Positions 61,241-64,000 of a stretch of 64,000 nt of DNA are shown here, in pieces. A program made the translations under genes and the position numbers. The DNA is from Massalongia carnosa (taxonomy: Eukaryota): NCBI GenBank assembly GCA_965645245.1, contig OZ287080.1:1736001-1800000 (forward strand), in the 5' to 3' direction. Each line of letters begins with the position of its first letter. Positions within the stretch are counted from its first letter, which is position 1. The notes under the pieces were generated by a model that worked only from the letters and a program-made list of their open reading frames with translations, did no database searches and was not told the origin of the DNA.

Positions 61241-63702
61241 TGTGTTCGTCTTGTCTATCTAGTATAGTCATAGCTAGCAATGCCACCACCTTCACCACCT
61301 GAATAGGCCCCCCCGTTGCCGCCTCGTCACAGAAGACGCTACTCATAGATAATTCTAAAAATTGATACTCGTTAAATGCAGAGCGCCATCCAGCTAACGT
61401 CAAGACACATGACTCCTCACCCCCACTAGACACGACACGTTTCTGTCGTGACCGTAGGTGTTGCACTCGACGTGTGGGCACTTGAGATTCTCCTAATCGT
61501 TCTTCAGAGCATCTGTAACGCACAGGGCTGGGCTTTGAGTGCCTTCGCCTTGAGAGGTATTCCCGTCGTCAGTAAGCAACTCGGGCGATTGATATTCTTC
61601 GGTATGTGAAAACGCGCTCTGAAGCTCTATCATTAATTTCCGAACGCGATGGACGTACTTGTCTCATCCAGCGCTAGCAAAACTAACGTGATCGGCAATG
61701 CAAACTTCTCTAGAACATCGAAAATCGTGAATAGCGCTTTGTCATGATTCAGTTCAGCTTTTCAGTAAATATCTAAGCCTTCGTTCGATTTTCAGAGGGA
61801 TTCGATGTTAAGGACAGAAGCCAAAAGCTGAAATATCTTCTGACCCTTCGAGACATCAGGTAGCACGGATACTAGATAAATCTTAGCACTCAGCTTTATC
61901 TCTTAGGGAGATTCATGTAACATAAGTAAGTCGGCGCTAATTCGAAGGTACTATGTAGGCTGATACTAACATTTGTACCAGTGTCAAAACGCTAATCAAA
62001 GAAACTAAGATTTGAGCGTGGCAAATTTCTTGTGCGAGGTACACTTTCCGTATTTCGCATTTCGCACCAGGATTCTGTAAGTTTCAAAACGCTTAACGCC
62101 ATCCCTTGTAGGAGCTGCGTGGCTTGATTCTCTCCCTCTCTTCACTCTGCCTTGTCTCTTCTTCTCTCATCCTCTCTCATTCTCTCTCGTCTTATCCTCC
62201 CACCCCCCTAAAAATATCAACTCTCCCACGCCGTCGTATCCTAACTTCTCAACGTAGTCAACAGGCACTGAGATGCAACCATGATTCTTGTCCAAATCCA
62301 GAACCTGATCTTTATTTTGTTTCGTTGAGCTCGCTCTTGGGTTTGAAAAGTATCAAAGCTGAGAACTGTGCTCGACATGGTTGATATGATATGCGGTGGT
62401 CGAGAAGTGAATCATGATGACTGCAGAGCGACTGCGGGCCGATTGAGCTGATTGCAAAGCGAATGAGAGGTACCGAAATCTTTATTCTGAGTAGCAGGTG
62501 TTCGTAGTCCTTCACTTGTTCGACATCCTGTTGACTGATGTGTTGTCGCAGGTGAATCGATATCATAACATGGCTCAGGAATGACAAACCATGTGGCTGC
62601 TGCAAATGTAGCTGGGGCCGGACGGAGCAGATAAAACGGACGGAGCAGATGACGCAGACTGAACAATTGAAATCGCAGGAGAGATAGGTGAGCTAGGCTG
62701 AGCAGCCTATGAGAGAGCGTGTCGGGGAGAATGAGACGAAATCATAAGATGACTAGAAAGGTGCAGTTGCTGCGAATGAGACAGCTGAAGTTTCTAGTAT
62801 GTTCACGATGAGACATACTGTATTAACGTTAGTATGAAAAGATTTATACACAAGGTATCTTTATGGGATCTTTCTTTCATGAGGAAGCAATGTGTGTGGG
62901 GCAGTATTGAATGTGATTCAGAAAGTAGTGCAACCTGCTTGTTAGCTTGGTAGGCATTGAAGCAAGGCAGAAAGGCGTAAAGAGCGACGAAGTTCTTCAT
63001 CTCCCATATCGGGACCTGCTTAACTTTTCGAGCTCCTGATTCAGGAGCTGAAAAGCACTCGTCACACATAGCTGATCAACAGGAGAAACAGGACTATCAA
63101 CGACAGAGTCTAGACCCTTCGCTCATCTTCTGAAATAGCGGCCTTCTCTTGCCATGTTTCAATCAGATGTGAAGCTCGTCGACTGACGATCAAGAATGAA
63201 TTCGTGTCATGCATAATATGAACCTCAACGACAAATAATTGTTCAGTTGAATTGTCGAAATGAAGGATAGCTTTTCTTCATATCGAACTCTCTGACGTGA
63301 TATGATCAAGGTCAAATGCGCATTTGCGTCTGATATTGAAATCGATTGTCTTTCAATCTGAAGTCTTGTTGTCTTGCTTCATCTCAGAGCCGTATTCGTT
63401 GCGTATAACTGAATATGGACTGTTTTCCACCTCTCTCTTCATGTCATCGGCCTGAGCCGGTCACAAGGCTTGTCATCTGTTTGAAAGGCGATAGACATTT
63501 TCTGTTCTACAAGCATCAATAAGTGTCAGAAGTTCAGCCATCACGGTACGAGCAAATGAGACAGATCAAGCATAAGTGAAGTTTTCTAACAGGATCTCTA
63601 GATACTCTGTCGCTTCTCAAGACGACGTATCATTGTGAAGGAGATCGTCACCGAAACCCGATAAACAATGAAGAAGCTTCTCTCAACTGGGCCATTGCAT
63701 TT

Positions 63703-64000
63703 TTACCCACCAGACAACATTTTTGCAATCTTGTCATGTCCATTTTTCTTGGCCACCGACAGCGGAGTTTTTCCATCTATATCTTCGAGAGTACGATCTG
63801 CCCCTGCTGTCAGCAATAGTCTCACGATATTTTCGTTACCTTCTGCTGCTGCCCAAAAGATAGGAGGCTGCCCATATATACTCTTCGTATTGACGTCGAC
63901 AATTTTAGTACGAAGTAGTAGTTGAACTACTCTAAGGTGGCCATTTGCTGCGGAAATCCAAAGTGGAGACACATGCCGAGAATTTTTTAGATCAGGTTTG
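63703..64000 (-). CDS. C-terminus of an ankyrin repeat protein (gene continues beyond the window)
   Basis: Three ankyrin repeats: SPLWISAANGH, PPIFWAAAEGN and TPLSVAKKNGH. Confidence 0.85.
   Translation of the reverse strand, partial: KPDLKNSRHVSPLWISAANGHLRVVQLLLRTKIVDVNTKSIYGQPPIFWAAAEGNENIVRLLLTAGADRTLEDIDGKTPLSVAKKNGHDKIAKMLSGG

Noticed and set aside
60882..61523. Intact 213-aa protein
   Set aside because: Chimeric frame: only the central part is pogo DDE sequence, joined to unrelated sequence.

Overview
Eukaryotic, filamentous-ascomycete-type DNA (short GT-AG introns, fungal TE families) from a transposon-rich accessory region. TE content: two young Ty3/Gypsy chromovirus LTR retrotransposons, two Mutator elements, a Tc1/mariner, three pogo/Fot1 copies or remnants, an hAT, a Crypton-type tyrosine recombinase relic and a ~15 kb nested TE island. 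Host-type genes: a possible catabolic/detox cluster (FAD monooxygenase-acetoacetate decarboxylase fusion, Pth11-like membrane protein, P450, alpha/beta hydrolase, amidase) split by the TE island, a decayed PD-(D/E)XK nuclease, two decayed FunK1 fungal kinases and an ankyrin protein end. The most interesting feature is an apparently intact head-to-head gene pair at 40.9-46.9 kb. One gene encodes a catalytically complete kinase-SEL1-ankyrin protein. The other encodes a HeLo-domain + pseudokinase protein with MLKL-like degenerate motifs. Together they form a candidate fungal RIPK/MLKL-like (necroptosis-like) cell-death module. All family calls come from motif recognition by eye; no database searches were run.
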